Assembly: GCA_964057225.1 (NCBI GenBank)
Contig: OZ059895.1
Location: 9,424,001-9,488,000, forward strand
From: Auanema rhodensis
Lineage: Eukaryota > Animalia > Nematoda
DNA length: 64,000 nt
Reading direction: 5' to 3'
Shown in pieces: positions 12,905 to 26,435 of the stretch; position 1 is the first letter of the stretch; each line of letters opens with the position of its first letter. Made by a program: the position numbers and the translations under genes. A model generated the notes under the pieces. The model made no database searches. It worked only from the letters and a program-made list of their open reading frames with translations, and was not told the origin of the DNA.

Positions 12905-13529
12905 TGTATCTTGTTAGAATAAAATTATGCAAACTCTGAGAGGTAGTTATCCATATTTCATTCTACACATTTATATTACACTTCATTGCAAGAACAGTCA
13001 GTTGTTTTATTGTCACGTATCAATGTTGCCAACACTCAACATTGTATCATATTGCAGCTGTCAACAGTGGCAGTTGCCAATCCGTTGTTAATAAATACGC
13101 ATGTATTGTTGTGGTCAGCGTACCGGTTTCAACAATCTTATCGAATTAATCTTCGATATGTGTTCTTTGAGTTAGGGTATTAGAATATTAGTAATATACA
13201 CACTAAAACATTTTCTATATACTCTTCTTTCCACGTAATTTGAGAATATTAGAAATCTTGATGCATATGCTATACAGCTATTTGTTATACTTTAATGAAC
13301 AAGTGCTTTGCCATTTGGTTCATTGTAGGTCAACGTATCTGTTTCACCAATCTTATCGAATTGATATTCGATATGTGTTCCATTAACATTTTTGATACTA
13401 AAAAGTATATACCCATGACCCCTTGGCATAGTAAGTATTCTTTAGCGTTATGGGTACTTGTGCTGCACAACTATTTATCATATTTTTATGAACAAAACTT
13501 TTGCCATGTGGTACATGTGTGGGTCAGCG

Positions 13530-14742
13530 CACCTGTTTTAACGATCTTATCGAATTAATCTTCGATATGTGTTCCATTGGAAACAACACAATTGTTTGTG
13601 AATCCTATCGAATTAACCTTCGATATGTGTTTTATTGAGTTAGTATATTAGAATATACTAATATAAAATTTAAAAAAAATTTCTTTAAACTATTCTTTCA
13701 TGTAATTTGAAAATATTAGACAACTTGGTACATGTGGTGTACAGCTATTTATCATATTTTAATGAACAAAACGTTTGCCATGTGGTTTTTGTGTGGGTCA
13801 GTGCACCTGTTTTAACGATCTTATCGAATTAACCTTCGATATGTGTTCCATTAACTTTTGTATTCCATATCGTTCTTATCGAATTAACCTTCGATATGTG
13901 TTTCATTATTTTTTGTATTCCATATCGTTCTTATCGAATTAACTTTCGATATGTGTTCCATTGATTTACCCATAAGAGGTACGGTGAACAAAATGGTTCG
14001 CCTAGATAAACAACAAACTTTTTAAAAGTTAAATTAATAATTATAAACTATAATAAACACAAACTATAAACAATGTAAACAAATAAAATTAAAAAATAAA
14101 TATATAAAATATATCTTATCGAATTAACCTTCGATATGTGTTTCATTAAATTTAGTTTAAATATTTATTACTTCTTATCGAATTAACCTTCGATATGAGT
14201 TCCATTGATTAACCCATAAGAGGTACGGTGAACATATTGATTACCTTTTAAAAATATTTAAATAAATAAAAAACAATATATATGAGAAATAATTTATTCA
14301 GTTTTAAAGATACAATTAAAAAATATATAAATATTGAAATACATTTAAAAAGAAATATTATTAAAAACACATTCAAAAAGAAATAATTAAGTAATAATAT
14401 TTAAAACATATACAAATATTAAAAATACATTTAAAAAGAAATAATTTTAAAAATATTTACAAATACAATTAACAAATATATAAATAATAAAAATTCATTT
14501 AAAATAATACATTAAAAAATAATTTTAAAAATGATTTTAAAAAAAATCATGCATTTCGATCCATGCGCAGGCTCGAGAGCCTGCCTCGGGAGGAAAAGTA
14601 TATTTTTGACAGCTGACGCCGAAAATATGATTTTGACAGCTGACGCCCCCAAAAGTATGTTTTTAGCAGCTGACGCCCTCAAAAGTATGTTTTTAGCAAC
14701 TGTTTGGGGGCGTGGTTAGTAAATTGGGCATGGCTCTCTACT
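13530..14742. repeat. Subfamily A subterminal repeats and terminal inverted repeat
   Basis: Repeated TTATCGAATTAACCTTCGATATGTG motif, ~30-bp CAGCTG-containing units, and terminal CTCTCTACT. Confidence 0.85.
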
Positions 14743-17700
14743 GAGGTCATGGCCTGGGTGGTATACTGGCAACTTTGGCATCGTTTTTACCTCGCATTAT
14801 TCAATCACCTATAGCCCAAAATTTCATCAATGCTGGAAGGTATGCATTATCCAGAGCTGTAAGCAATAGTCCAGTTGTAAATTCACCTCTTGGCGGCCAG
14901 TTGCTAAAAACTAGCAATGAAATTGTTGATGGGGTGCTCAAGGGCGATAATATCAAGCAAACTCTTAAAACAGCCGGCCGGCAGGCTATACGAGATCTTA
15001 CCGGCTTGGGCAAGCGGCGACGACGCAAAACCACAAAACCTCATAAGCGTCTGTGCATAACTCGTGAGCGGTCGTATCGTATTTAAATGGCTAAATTGAT
15101 AGATTCAAAATCAGCACAAGCACTTTTACCTAATATTAATTATAGTGACATACCGGCGTCGGCATTAGGTGTTGAATCCACTCGTACTGTACAAGTTCCT
15201 TTAAAAAATACTTTTCTTCCTCAAGGACCATGGGAATTTGTTATAGCCCAAAATTCCAAATCATTTCTTAATCTGAGAAGGTGTTGGTTGAATGTAAAAT
15301 TCAAAATTGTAACCACAAACGGCGATCCAGTACCAGACACCCTTGTTTTTGCACCATGCCAACAATTTGCAGCCAGTTTGATACACTCGTATCATTTGAA
15401 AATTGGTGATGTTAGCGTGTATGACTCTACCGTAAATCATGCCTACAAAACATATATTGAGAATATTCTAATGTATAGCAACGATGTTAAAGAAAGCAAA
15501 CTTGCCATATCAGGCTATTATGCGGATAGATATATAGATAATGCAGCCAGTCCTGGATTTAGAGCGCGACAAGGGCTTGTTAAAAATGGCATATTGTGTG
15601 AGATGGCTGCTCCCATCAGTATCGACTTATTCAATCAGGAACGACTGGTTGTAAACTATTCAAAAATGGAGCTAATTGCATATCCAAACCGTGATAATTT
15701 CTTAATTGACACACTTGGATGGAATAATGAAAGCAAGGATGCTGCAATGAAGGAGGAGTTTCCAAACCTGAAAATAGATATCAACGATGTACACTTGCTT
15801 ATAACGAATACACTACCCCATAACGTCAGTGAAAATGCGCTCTTATTTTATAGAAGGAGGCCGTTTGGATTCACCCAATAACATATTTTTCACGTCGCAT
15901 ACACCGAAACGTGTTGTAGTAGGTCTTGTCGGCGCACACGCTTATAATGGTACTTTTAAACATTCGCCATTCAACTTTAAACCGTTTGAATTGAAAAATA
16001 TATACCTGACGCTCAACAATAGGGTAAAACCTACCCGTCCTTATAATTTAGAATGGCGTTCTTTCAATGCCACAGCATATATTGACATGTTGGAGGGTTT
16101 GGGCCTTGGTCGTACAGATTCATCCAATGGTATTACACCAGCAATGTATAAAGCTGGTTTCACATTTTTTGTATTTGATATTAGTCCTACTGTGCATTCG
16201 TCAGAGTTATTTGATGTTATACGACAAGGTAATGTAGCCTTGAAATTGGAATTTGGTCAACAAACGCCGCAAGAGGGTTTATATGCTATTGTTTATGCAG
16301 AATATGACTCTATTCTTTCAATTGACAACAATCGTGCTCCATATATTGATACCAGTTTGTAATGTATGTAATAAACTTTTTAAAACATTTGATGAGAAGA
16401 ATAAAATTTATTAATACAACTATACATAAAAATCTATAAATACAACCATATACAAATATACACGCAATAATAAAATTTATAAATTCAAATATACTAAAAA
16501 TTATTCACAATAACCATAAGGTAAAGTACTAAAATCGTCTAGATAACAAAGTTTATCCATTACGACCTTGGTACTCTTTGTCATGTCCATCGTGGATATG
16601 GAACCAAGCTGCCTCTTTAATAACGTTGTATTGGTTTTTGAAACCAATTTTTCTCCATCCATCACGAGTCCTCGAACCAATCGCTCCATACTTTGATAGT
16701 TTACCACGGTGGCTGCCGTGTGGTCCAGCGTCTGTAATTTTAAAAGTTTCTCAATAATATATTTTTTATACTTTACCAGCTGCATTTACTAGCTCATAAC
16801 TATAAAGTTTTGCAGCTGGTGAAACAAATTTGGTCATTGACCAACCATCGGGTATTTCTGAGGTTAGTTTACCTAACCATTCACCCTTCATATCCTCAAT
16901 TGGATCAGGCTGATCGAGGCATTTTAAATAAATTAGAAAATCGGTGTCTAAATGATATACGTTTAAATTGTTTACAAAGTATAAAATTACCTGTATACAC
17001 CAAGTTCTTTCCAATTTTTTCCATTGCCTTATACAATAGTAGCTTTGTTTCTTGTTAGAACTAGATACGCCTTTACTGGCTAAAAACTTTGACAAGACTG
17101 AAAATCCATTGGGCTCCGTTTTTGTTTTATCCAATACAAAATCTAAAATTTTTGTAATATTGGTGTTTGGTACAGCCTCATTATTAATCAAAAGGTATGT
17201 GTCATGAAAAGTATGGCATTAAATAACATTTTACAGCTAAAATATCTCCAAGAGCACAAGGAGAACACTGGTGTTGCTCTGGAGAGCAACAAAACTGAAA
17301 AGAATGCTGCCATGCGTAGCATTGCCAAACTACAGCTGAATAGGTATGTAAACTTTTAAAAATAAAAATTTACAAATTTGCTTATAGTGTCTGGGGTAAA
17401 ATGGGTCAAAGACCGGATAAAGCCCAAACCAAGATTATTGGTGTTGAGGATCCTGAAATTGGTAGGATCATAACTGATCCTGCAAGGGAACTCACGGGCT
17501 TCAAAATTGTGGACGATGTGGCGTACTGTACAACAGTGCCAGAAGACTCACACTTGGCATACCAGTTTGTAATGTATGTAGTAAATTCTTTAAAAGATAT
17601 AAGAATAAAATTTATTAATACAACTATTTTTAAAAATAAATACATGTACAATAATAAAATTTTATAAATACAAATATATACAAGATGATAAAAATTTATA

Positions 17701-19356
17701 AATTCAAATATATTAAACACAATAACCGTGGGGTAAAGTACTATAATCTTGTAGATAACAAAGTTTATCCATTACAACTTTAGTACTTTTTGTCATATCC
17801 ATTGTGGATATGGCACCGAGTTGCCTCTTTAACAAGGTTGTATTGGTTTTTAAAACCAATTTTTCTCCATCCATAACGAGTCCGCGAACCAGTCGCTCCA
17901 TACTTTCAAAGTTTACCACTGACGCTGCCGTGTGGTCCAACGTCTGAAAATTATAAAATTATTTGAAAAGTCAAAGCTCGTACTTACCACTCCCTTTGCT
18001 TTTGTTACATATTTTACATCACCAGCTGCATTTACAAGTTTATAACTATAAACTTTTGCCGCTGGTGACACAAACTTGGTCATTGACCAACCATCGGGTA
18101 TTTCAGAGGTTAGTTTACCTAACCATTCACCCTTCATATCCTCAATTGGATCTGGCTCATCCAGGCACCTTTGATAAATTAGTGAATCCGTGTCTAAATA
18201 ATGTAAGTTTAAATTGAATACAAAGTATAAAATTACCTGTATTCACCAAATTCTTTCCAATTTTCTCCATTGCCTTATACAATAGTAGCCTTGCATGAGC
18301 GGTTGTATAGGCCGCAATAGCTACATTTGTAAAAGGCGGTGGTGCCAAATGTGAATCCTCTGGTACTGTTGTGCAGTACGCAACATTATCCACAATTTTG
18401 AACCCAGTGAGTTCCCTTGCAGGATCAGTAATGATCCTACCAATTTCTGGGTCCTCAACACCAATAATCTTGGTTTCGGCTTTATCTGGTCTTTCACCCA
18501 TTTTACCCCATACACTATAAGCAAATTTGTAAATTTTTGTTTTTAAAAGTTAACATACCTATTCAGCTGCAGTTTGGCAATGCTACGCATGGCAGCATTT
18601 TTTTCAATTTTGTTGCTCTCCAGAGCAACACCAGTGTTCTCCTCGTGCTCTTGGAGATATTTTAGCTGTAAAATGTTATTTAATGCCATACTTTTCATGA
18701 AACATACCTTTTCAGCTTCTGTCATATTTGGCTTAGGCCAGCCTGATGCCTCTTGCTTAATTTTTATGTACTTTTGTACGAACTCTTTAAACAGGCCGCC
18801 TTGTTGCCATTCGTCCCAGTGCCACACCTCATGCACATGAAGTACTTTATAGCCACGTTTTATGGCACACTCGAGCTCAACATGTGTCACAGTTTGATGC
18901 AGCTTTCGAGCGTCTTCATCATCTTGGTGCTCACATGTTACATTTTTGCCTCTGTTTGCACATGTGCGGCAGTTTGTAAAAATTAATTTACCGCCTATGC
19001 GTGTTTCTAATACAGGATACAACAAATGTTTGGGTGCAAGCACGTCACATTTCACAAGGCCCTTGTATGGGCAGCATGCCTCAAAACTCTCAAAACCCTC
19101 AGTAATCACTTTAGGATTACCTACAGAGTAATAGGCATCAAATGCCGTTACATATGGATAAAGTAAACAAAAGTCCACATACTCTAGTGATTATCTATCC
19201 GAAGCTTGGGCCAGAAGCTTATATGTTTGAGTTCGGCCGCCGGTGAAGGCATCTCGAGGTGCCAATCGAGTTACAACTTCAGTGTCCTTCATAAAATTTG
19301 CCATTTGCTCATTTGATGACATTTGAGCAGTAATTTCGTGTTCCCACACAGTGGTT
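14743..19356. mobile_element. Rearranged Maverick fragments (partial core, MCP, several pPolB pieces, PZ piece)
   Basis: Begins mid-core gene directly after the copy-1 terminus and ends mid-pPolB at the next terminus. Internal deletions and inversions at ~16772, ~17040, ~17190 and ~17559. Confidence 0.9.
15087..16362 (+). pseudogene. Major capsid protein, deletion/frameshift at ~15801
   Basis: Near-identical to the other MCP copies. Confidence 0.9.
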
Positions 19357-21410
19357 AGTAGAGAGCCATGCCGAATTTACTAACCACGCCCCCAAACAGT
19401 TGCTAAAAACATACTTTTGAGGGCGTCAGCTGCTAAAAACATACTTTTGGGGGCGTCAGCTGTCAAAATCATATTTTCGGCGTCAGCTGTCAAAAATATA
19501 CTTTTCCTCCCGATGCAGGCTCTCGAGCCTGCGCATGGATCAAAATGCATGATTTTTTTTTTAAATCATATTTAAATTTCTTTTTTTTTAAAATATTTTT
19601 AAAATTATTTCTTTTTAAATGTATTTTAAAATTTTTTTTTTTTAAATGTATTTTTAATAATACTTCTTTTCAAATGTATTTTAATATTTATATGTTTCTT
19701 AATTGTATCTTTAAAACTGAATAAATTATTTCTCATGTATATTTTTTTTTATTTATTTAAATATTTTTAAAAGGTAATCAATATGTTCACCGTACCGTTA
19801 CATATTGTTTCTTCCCGTCTTTTCATTGTCGGAAGATATATGTACTTCTACCTTGTTCCTTAGGTAGGCAGACCCGAACGCCCCGATTTCCTTATTAAGA
19901 CAAATACTTAAAGAGAAAAGGATTCATTATCAGATAACAAGAAAATACAATATAAGAATTACATCAAGAAAGAATATAAAGAGATATAATTAAGTATTAA
20001 ATAGAGTATATATATAGATGATATAGAGATGAGATTCACATGACTATAAGACAACCTATCTGGGTTAGGCCAGAAGCAAGAGTGCCATGTGTGTCCCATG
20101 TTGTAGGCGGGGCTTGTTCAGGCTCACGCTATTTGAATAGCGCGCACATGTTTACGATGTTCTTGCAGATGTGACAGTACCTCTATGGGTTAATCAATGG
20201 AACTCATATCGAAGGTTAATTCGATAAGAAGTAATAAATATTTAAACTAAATTTAATGAAACACATATCGAAGGTTAATTCGATAAGAAGTAATAAATAT
20301 TTAAACTAAATTTAATGAAACACATATCGAAGGTTAATTCGATAAGATCGTTAAAACAGGTGCACTACACATGTACCACATGGCAAAAGTTTTGTTCATT
20401 AAAATATGATAAATAGCAGTACAGAACAAGTACCCATAACGCTAAAGAATACTTACTATGCCAAGGGGTCATGAGTATATACGAATATTTTCAAACTTTT
20501 TTAGTATCAAAAATGTTACTTTAAAGTAATTGTTGTTGTATCCTTAATAGTTTATAAATGTTCTGATAGCTAATGTATTTCATAACTATGGCTAAGAATA
20601 GAATAAATATTTCGTAATATATTTATTGAACAATAAATTTTCAATTAAAATTAGAACATGTGTTAACATTTTGTAAGAGTTTCTTTTTTACAAAGTGTCT
20701 GGAAATGTTGTACTTGTAATCGGATGTGTACAAGTCTGTTTTTCGCAACAATCCTGTGTTTCCTCAGTAGGATCCAACACTTTGAATTAGTGTTTCCTAA
20801 ACTATAAAAATAAGAGTGTACCACAGCTGTTATAATAAAAATATGGATACAATATTAAACGATCCTATTGTAATCTTTCACAATTTTGGATGACAGTTGT
20901 TATTGTATAGGGACTTGTCACAAATGAGTTGAATTATTGTTAAATATTTGGACTTACGAAATCGAATGCTGTAACAAGTAATTAATAAGCGGATAGTTTA
21001 CAGGTTGTTAATCCGGCAACTGTTGGCGCAATCGGTGTATTTTAGCGCATTCGGCAGCTGTTTGCGCAACAAACTGCTAATTAATGTATAAATGCATATA
21101 TTTGTTGTAATATATAACAAATAGGAAAGCCGCATACAGCAGTGCCATGTGGTACATGTGTAGTGCACCTGTTTTAACGATCTTATCGAATTAACCTTTG
21201 ATATGTGTTCCATTGATTAACCCATAGAGGTACGGTGAACATATTGATTACCTTTTAAAAATATTTGAAAAAATAAATAAAAATATACATGAGAAATAAT
21301 TTATTCAGTTTTAAAGATACAATTAAGAAACATATAAATATTAAAATACATTTGAAAAGAAATATTATTAAAAATACATTTAAAAAGAAATAATTTTGAA
21401 AATACATTTA
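19357..21410. mobile_element. Internally deleted mini-Maverick (subfamily A), right TIR truncated
   Basis: AGTAGAGAGCCATGCC at 19357. Inverted TIR sequence at ~21150-21410. No coding genes. Confidence 0.75.
19796..20176 (-). mobile_element. Solo LTR (381 bp) with GTAC target-site duplication
   Basis: Interrupts the Maverick TIR sequence CACCGTACCTCTATGGG, with GTAC at 19792-19795 and 20177-20180. Minus-strand termini TGTCACA...TGTAACG. Matches 29137-29517. Confidence 0.88.
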
Positions 21411-21989
21411 TACTGTAACGCATGTAGAGCTCGAATGTGCCATACAGCGTGGCTACAAAGTGCTTCATGTGCATGAGGTGTGGCACTGGGACGAATGGCA
21501 ACATGGCGGCCTGTTTAAAGAGTTTGTACAAAAGTACATAAAAATTAAGCAAGAGGCATCAGGCTGGCCTAAGCCAAATATGACAGAGGCTGAAAAGGTA
21601 TGTTTCATGAAAAGTATGGCATTAAATAACATTTTACAGCTAAAATATCTCCAAGAGCACGAGGAGAACACTGGTGTTGCCGGAGAGAGCAACAAAATTT
21701 CTGGAGAGCAACCAAATTGAAAAGAATGCGACCATGCGTAGCATTGCCAAACTACAGCTGAATAGGTATGTTAACTTTTAAAAACAAAAAATTACAAATT
21801 TGCTTATAGTGTATGGGGTAAAATGGGTCAAAGACCGGATAAAGCTCAAACCAAGATTATTGGTGTTGAGGATCCTGAAATTGGTAGGATCATAACTGAT
21901 CCTGCAAGGGAGCTCACGGGCTTCAAAATTGTGGATGATGTGGCGTACTGTACAACAGTGCCAGAAGACTCACACTTGGCCCCAGCGCC
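21411..21989 (+). pseudogene. pPolB fragment
   Basis: KIKQEASGWP and WGKMGQR motifs. Ends at a B-type terminus. Confidence 0.85.
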
Positions 21990-23557
21990 AGTAGAGAGCC
22001 GTGCAAAATTTACTAACCACGCCCCCAAACAGCTGTCAAAAACATACTTTTGGGGGCGTCAGCTGCTAAAAACATATTTTGGAATCATGGTTCATGGATT
22101 CTCCTTTTTTAAATTTAAAAATCATGATTTAAAGCATGATTTTTTTTTAAATCAAATTTTAAATTTGTTTTTTCGAATGTATGTATATGTTTTTAATTTT
22201 TAAATATATTAAGTGAAAAAAAAATCTAAATTTTAAATATTTAAATTATATTTAAATTTTATATTTATAAATTATATTTAAATTTTAAATATTTAAATTA
22301 TATTTAACCTTTATATATATAAATTATATTTAAATTTTAAATATATTAATTTGTTTTAAAATTTTATTACTTTATTCATTTATTATATTTATTAATTATG
22401 TTTGTTTACTTATTTTGTTTATTATTTTATAATATTTTTTACTGTTTTTATTTTTAAAGATCAATAAAATTTTTGCATGTAGATAATTTTCTTCACCGTA
22501 CTTGTTATGGGTAATTCAATGGAACACATATCGAAAGTTAATCCGATAAGAACGATATGAAATACCAAACTTTAATGGAACACATATCGAAGGTTAATTC
22601 GATAAGAACGATATGAAATACAAAATTTAATAAAACACATATCGAAGGTTAATTCGATAAGAACGACATTAAATTATTATTTTTTGAAATTGCGAATTGT
22701 TATTAATTATATTTATTGTAACAAGTAAAGGTTTCAAATTATAATAAAAGATTAGTTTTAAACTTTATTTTACTAATATAACAATACAATAACTAAATAG
22801 AGCACACATTGAAGGTAAATACGACGGGATTAACAAACAGTTGCGCTGACCTCAATGAAACGCATAAAGTTAATTTAATAAGAACTAATAACAAAAATTA
22901 ATCCGACGGGGACAATAAAAACAGATGTATTCAATATGCTTATTTATTTAAGCAATAAAATTGAAAAGAATGCTGCCATGCGTAGCATTGCCAAACTGCA
23001 GCTAAATAGGTTTGTAAACTTTTTAAAACAATACATTACAAATTTGCTTATAGTGTCTGGGGTAAAATGATCCAATTGAGGATATGAAGGGTGAATGGTT
23101 AGGTAAACTAACCTCTGAAATACCCGATGGTTGGTCAATGACCAAGTTTGTGTCACCAGCGGCAAAAGTTTATAGTTATAAACTTGTAAATGCAGCTGGT
23201 GATGTAAAGTATGTAACAAAGGCAAAGGGAGTGGTAAGAACGAGCTTTGACTTTTCAAATAATTTTATAATTTTCAGACGTTGGACCACACGGCAGCATC
23301 AGTGGTAAACTTTGAAAGTATGGAGCGACTGGTTCGCGGACTCGTTATGGATGGAGAGAAATTGGTTTTAAAAACCAATACAACCTTGTTAAAGAGGCAA
23401 CTCGGTGCCATATCCACAATGGATATGACAAAAAGTACTAAAGTATCTTGTATATATTTGTATTTATAAATTTTATCATTGTACATGTATTTATTTTTAA
23501 AAATAGTTGTATTAATAAATTTTATTCTTAAATCTTTTAAAGAATTTATTACATACA

Positions 23558-24892
23558 TTACAAACTGGTATCAATATATGGAGCACGATTGTTGTCAATT
23601 GAAAGAATAGAGTCATACTCTGCATAAACAATTGCATATAAGCCCTCTTGCGGCGTTTGTTGACCAAATTCCAATTTCAAGGCTACATTACCTTGTCGTA
23701 TAACATCAAATAACTCTGACGAATGCACAGTAGGAGAAATATCAAATACAAAAAATGTGAAACCAGCTTTATACATTGCTGGTGTAATACCATTGGATGA
23801 ATCTGTACGACCAAGTCCCAAACCTTCGAGCATGTCAATATATGCTGTGGCATAGGAAGATCGCCATTCTAAATTATAAGGACGGGTAGGTATTACCCTA
23901 TTGTTGAGCGTCAAGTATATATTTTTCAAATCAAACGGTTTAAAGTTGAATGGCGAATGTTTAAAAGTACTATTATAGGCGTGTGCGCCAACAAGACCTA
24001 CTACAACACGTTTCGGTGTATGAGACGTGAATAATATATTATTAGGTGAATCCAAGCGGCCTCCTTCTATGAAATAAGAGCGCATTTTCACTGATGTCAT
24101 GGGGTAGTGTATTCGATCCTTTGCGAGTTTATCTTCTATAGCCATAGCTAATCCAGCGTTTAGATCAAACTCTTGAATGAGCAAATGTACATCGCTGATA
24201 TCTACTTTCAAATTTGGAAACTCCTCCTTTAATGTAGTATCCTTGTTTTCGTTATTCCAGCCTAGAGTGTCAATTAAAAAGTTATCACGGTTTGGATATG
24301 CAGTTAGCTCCATTTTTGAATAGTTTACAAACAGTCGCTCTTGATTAAATAGGTCGATACTGACGGGAGCAGTCATCTCACACAATATGCCATTTTTTAC
24401 AAGCGCTTGACGCGTTTTAAATCCAGCACTGGATGCATTATCTATATATCTATCAGCATAATAGCCTGATATGGCAAGTTTGCTCTCTTTAACATCGTTG
24501 CTATACATTAAAATATTCTCGATATATGTTTTATAGGCATGATTCACGGTAGAGTCATACACGCTAACATCACCAATTTTCAAATGATACGAATGTATTA
24601 AACTGGCAGCAAATTGTTGACATGGTGCAAAAACAAGGGTGTCTGGTACTGGATCGCCGTTTGTGGTTACAATTTTGAATTTTACATTCAACCAACACCT
24701 TCTCAGATTAAGAAATGATTTGGAATTTTGGGCTATAACAAATTCCAATGGTCCTTGAGAAAGAAAAGTATTTTTTAAAGGAACTTGTACAGTACGAGTG
24801 GATTCAACACCTAATGCCGACGCCGGTATGTCACTATAATTAATATTAGGTACAAGTGCTTGTGCTGATTTTGAATCTATCAATTTAGCCAT
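23558..24892 (-). CDS. Major capsid protein (double jelly-roll type), intact 444 aa
   Basis: Uninterrupted ORF with Polinton MCP motifs, located next to the core and protease genes. Confidence 0.92.
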   Translation of the reverse strand: MAKLIDSKSAQALVPNINYSDIPASALGVESTRTVQVPLKNTFLSQGPLEFVIAQNSKSFLNLRRCWLNVKFKIVTTNGDPVPDTLVFAPCQQFAASLIHSYHLKIGDVSVYDSTVNHAYKTYIENILMYSNDVKESKLAISGYYADRYIDNASSAGFKTRQALVKNGILCEMTAPVSIDLFNQERLFVNYSKMELTAYPNRDNFLIDTLGWNNENKDTTLKEEFPNLKVDISDVHLLIQEFDLNAGLAMAIEDKLAKDRIHYPMTSVKMRSYFIEGGRLDSPNNILFTSHTPKRVVVGLVGAHAYNSTFKHSPFNFKPFDLKNIYLTLNNRVIPTRPYNLEWRSSYATAYIDMLEGLGLGRTDSSNGITPAMYKAGFTFFVFDISPTVHSSELFDVIRQGNVALKLEFGQQTPQEGLYAIVYAEYDSILSIDNNRAPYIDTSL

Positions 24893-25345
24893 TTAAATGT
24901 GAAACGACCGCTCACGAGTAATGCACAACCGCTTATGAGGTTTTGTGGTTTTGTGTCGTCGCCGTTTGCCCAAGCCGGTAAGATCTCGTATAGCTTGCCG
25001 GCCGGCTGTTTCAAGAGTTTCCTTGATATTACCGCCTTTCAGCACCCCATCGACAATTTCATTACCAGTTTTCAACAACTGTCCGCCAAGAGGTGAATTT
25101 ACAACTGGACTATTGCTTACAGCACTGGATAAGGCGTTTCTTCCGGCATTGATGAGATTTTGGGCTATAGGTGATTGAATGATGCGTGGTAGAAATGATG
25201 CCAAAGTTGCCAAAATACCACCCAAACCATGACCCCTCTGCATTCCACGTTGAAACATCATTCCGCTAAATGGGGCGCCACCCATTTGTTGATTTAAAAG
25301 TGTTGTCCATTGAATAGAGTTGACATCCAAAAGGAGGTGCGGCAT
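24893..25345 (-). CDS. Basic core precursor protein
   Basis: Homologue of 5228-5680. Confidence 0.75.
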   Translation of the reverse strand: MPHLLLDVNSIQWTTLLNQQMGGAPFSGMMFQRGMQRGHGLGGILATLASFLPRIIQSPIAQNLINAGRNALSSAVSNSPVVNSPLGGQLLKTGNEIVDGVLKGGNIKETLETAGRQAIRDLTGLGKRRRHKTTKPHKRLCITRERSFHI

Positions 25346-25396
25346 ATCGAACCGCACGCGCGCAATACAAAAGTTACACTAGATCATTCTACTAAA

Positions 25397-25852
25397 ATGT
25401 ATTCGTCTGAAATAGTATCACTATTGCAATCTGTCCCCAGCACTCGGAAACTATTCCTCGGTGTATATAGCGCTGATACTCTACCCAAAACGCGTCGTAA
25501 AAACTTTGCACTTGTCGTAAATACTGACACACATGATAAGCCAGGCACACGTTGGCAGGTTATCTTTGTCCGTAACAAGCAAGCCTTTTTTTTCTGTAGC
25601 TTGGGATATAAAATAAACAAGTACATTCAAAATTATCTGGCCAAATATAAAAAGGTAAAAATTAATACTTGCAAACCACAACGTTTAATTGAATACACTT
25701 GTGGTGGCTATGTGGTATTTGTAATACTAATGTTGTCGGCTGGTAATTCATTTGAAAGCATTTGTTCATTTTTCAAACTATTGAAAAATGATGATGTCTT
25801 TATTAAAGCATTTATGCATAAAGTATTCGACTATAAATTGGCTACTATATAA
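25397..25852 (+). CDS. Adenain-like protease, catalytic His replaced by Arg (PGTRW)
   Basis: Full-length ORF. The other two copies have THW at this position. Confidence 0.88.
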   Translation: MYSSEIVSLLQSVPSTRKLFLGVYSADTLPKTRRKNFALVVNTDTHDKPGTRWQVIFVRNKQAFFFCSLGYKINKYIQNYLAKYKKVKINTCKPQRLIEYTCGGYVVFVILMLSAGNSFESICSFFKLLKNDDVFIKAFMHKVFDYKLATI

Positions 25853-25893
25853 GAAATTTGTCATTAATAACCTGCTACATTACGTGATCAGTT

Positions 25894-26064
25894 ATGAATA
25901 TTCCTTGTCACTGTGAATTATGTGTCAAATACACGTTGGAGCAATCTAAATCAGCGCCTTTATACAGGAGAATGTTGAAATGTATTTCAGTGCCATTTAT
26001 CAAAGGTATAGCATTGGAATTGGGCTTTTGTACAACACTAGTCATATTATTGCTCATTATATAA
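25894..26064 (+). CDS. 56-aa CxCxxC microprotein with hydrophobic C-terminus
   Basis: Homologue of 4503-4673. Confidence 0.6.
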   Translation: MNIPCHCELCVKYTLEQSKSAPLYRRMLKCISVPFIKGIALELGFCTTLVILLLII

Positions 26065-26105
26065 AAGTGGGTTGATTGCGTGTGGTCGTTTTTCATTTTC
26101 CTCTA

Positions 26106-26435
26106 ATGGAACTTTTATGTAACAAATATTGTGGTACATGCAAGGAAATATTTTCTTCAACCAAGCATTTTAGTGATCACGTTTTGAAAAGGCATGCAGG
26201 GATTCAACCCATATGTAACAATTATATCAGCAATGCTGACTTTATTCAAAAATATGGACATTTGGATGGTGTTCGTAGACGTTTGTGCCCTCATTGTAGT
26301 GAAACTTTTGGAACAAGATTCAATTGTGAGCGTCATATTCGGCGTATTCATAATAATAATGGAACGAATGGTGAAGATGGTGATGGAAATGATACCAGCA
26401 AACCCTTTGAAAAAGCTGAGGAGTTTGTACATTAA
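26106..26435 (+). CDS. Two-C2H2 zinc-finger protein
   Basis: CGTC...H...H and CPHC...H...H. Confidence 0.75.
   Translation: MELLCNKYCGTCKEIFSSTKHFSDHVLKRHAGIQPICNNYISNADFIQKYGHLDGVRRRLCPHCSETFGTRFNCERHIRRIHNNNGTNGEDGDGNDTSKPFEKAEEFVH

Larger units (their letters stand above)
2072..14742. mobile_element. Maverick/Polinton copy 1 (subfamily A), integrase end lost
   Basis: Gene set PW-ATPase-mCP-ZnF-PRO-core-MCP-pPolB. Terminus ...GGCATGGCTCTCTACT ends at 14742. Confidence 0.95.

Noticed and set aside
13530-14210. CRISPR-like look of the repeated palindromic TTATCGAATTAACCTTCGATATG motif
   Set aside because: Intervening sequences are themselves repeated and irregular, there are no cas genes, the context is eukaryotic, and the motif is part of the Maverick TIR.
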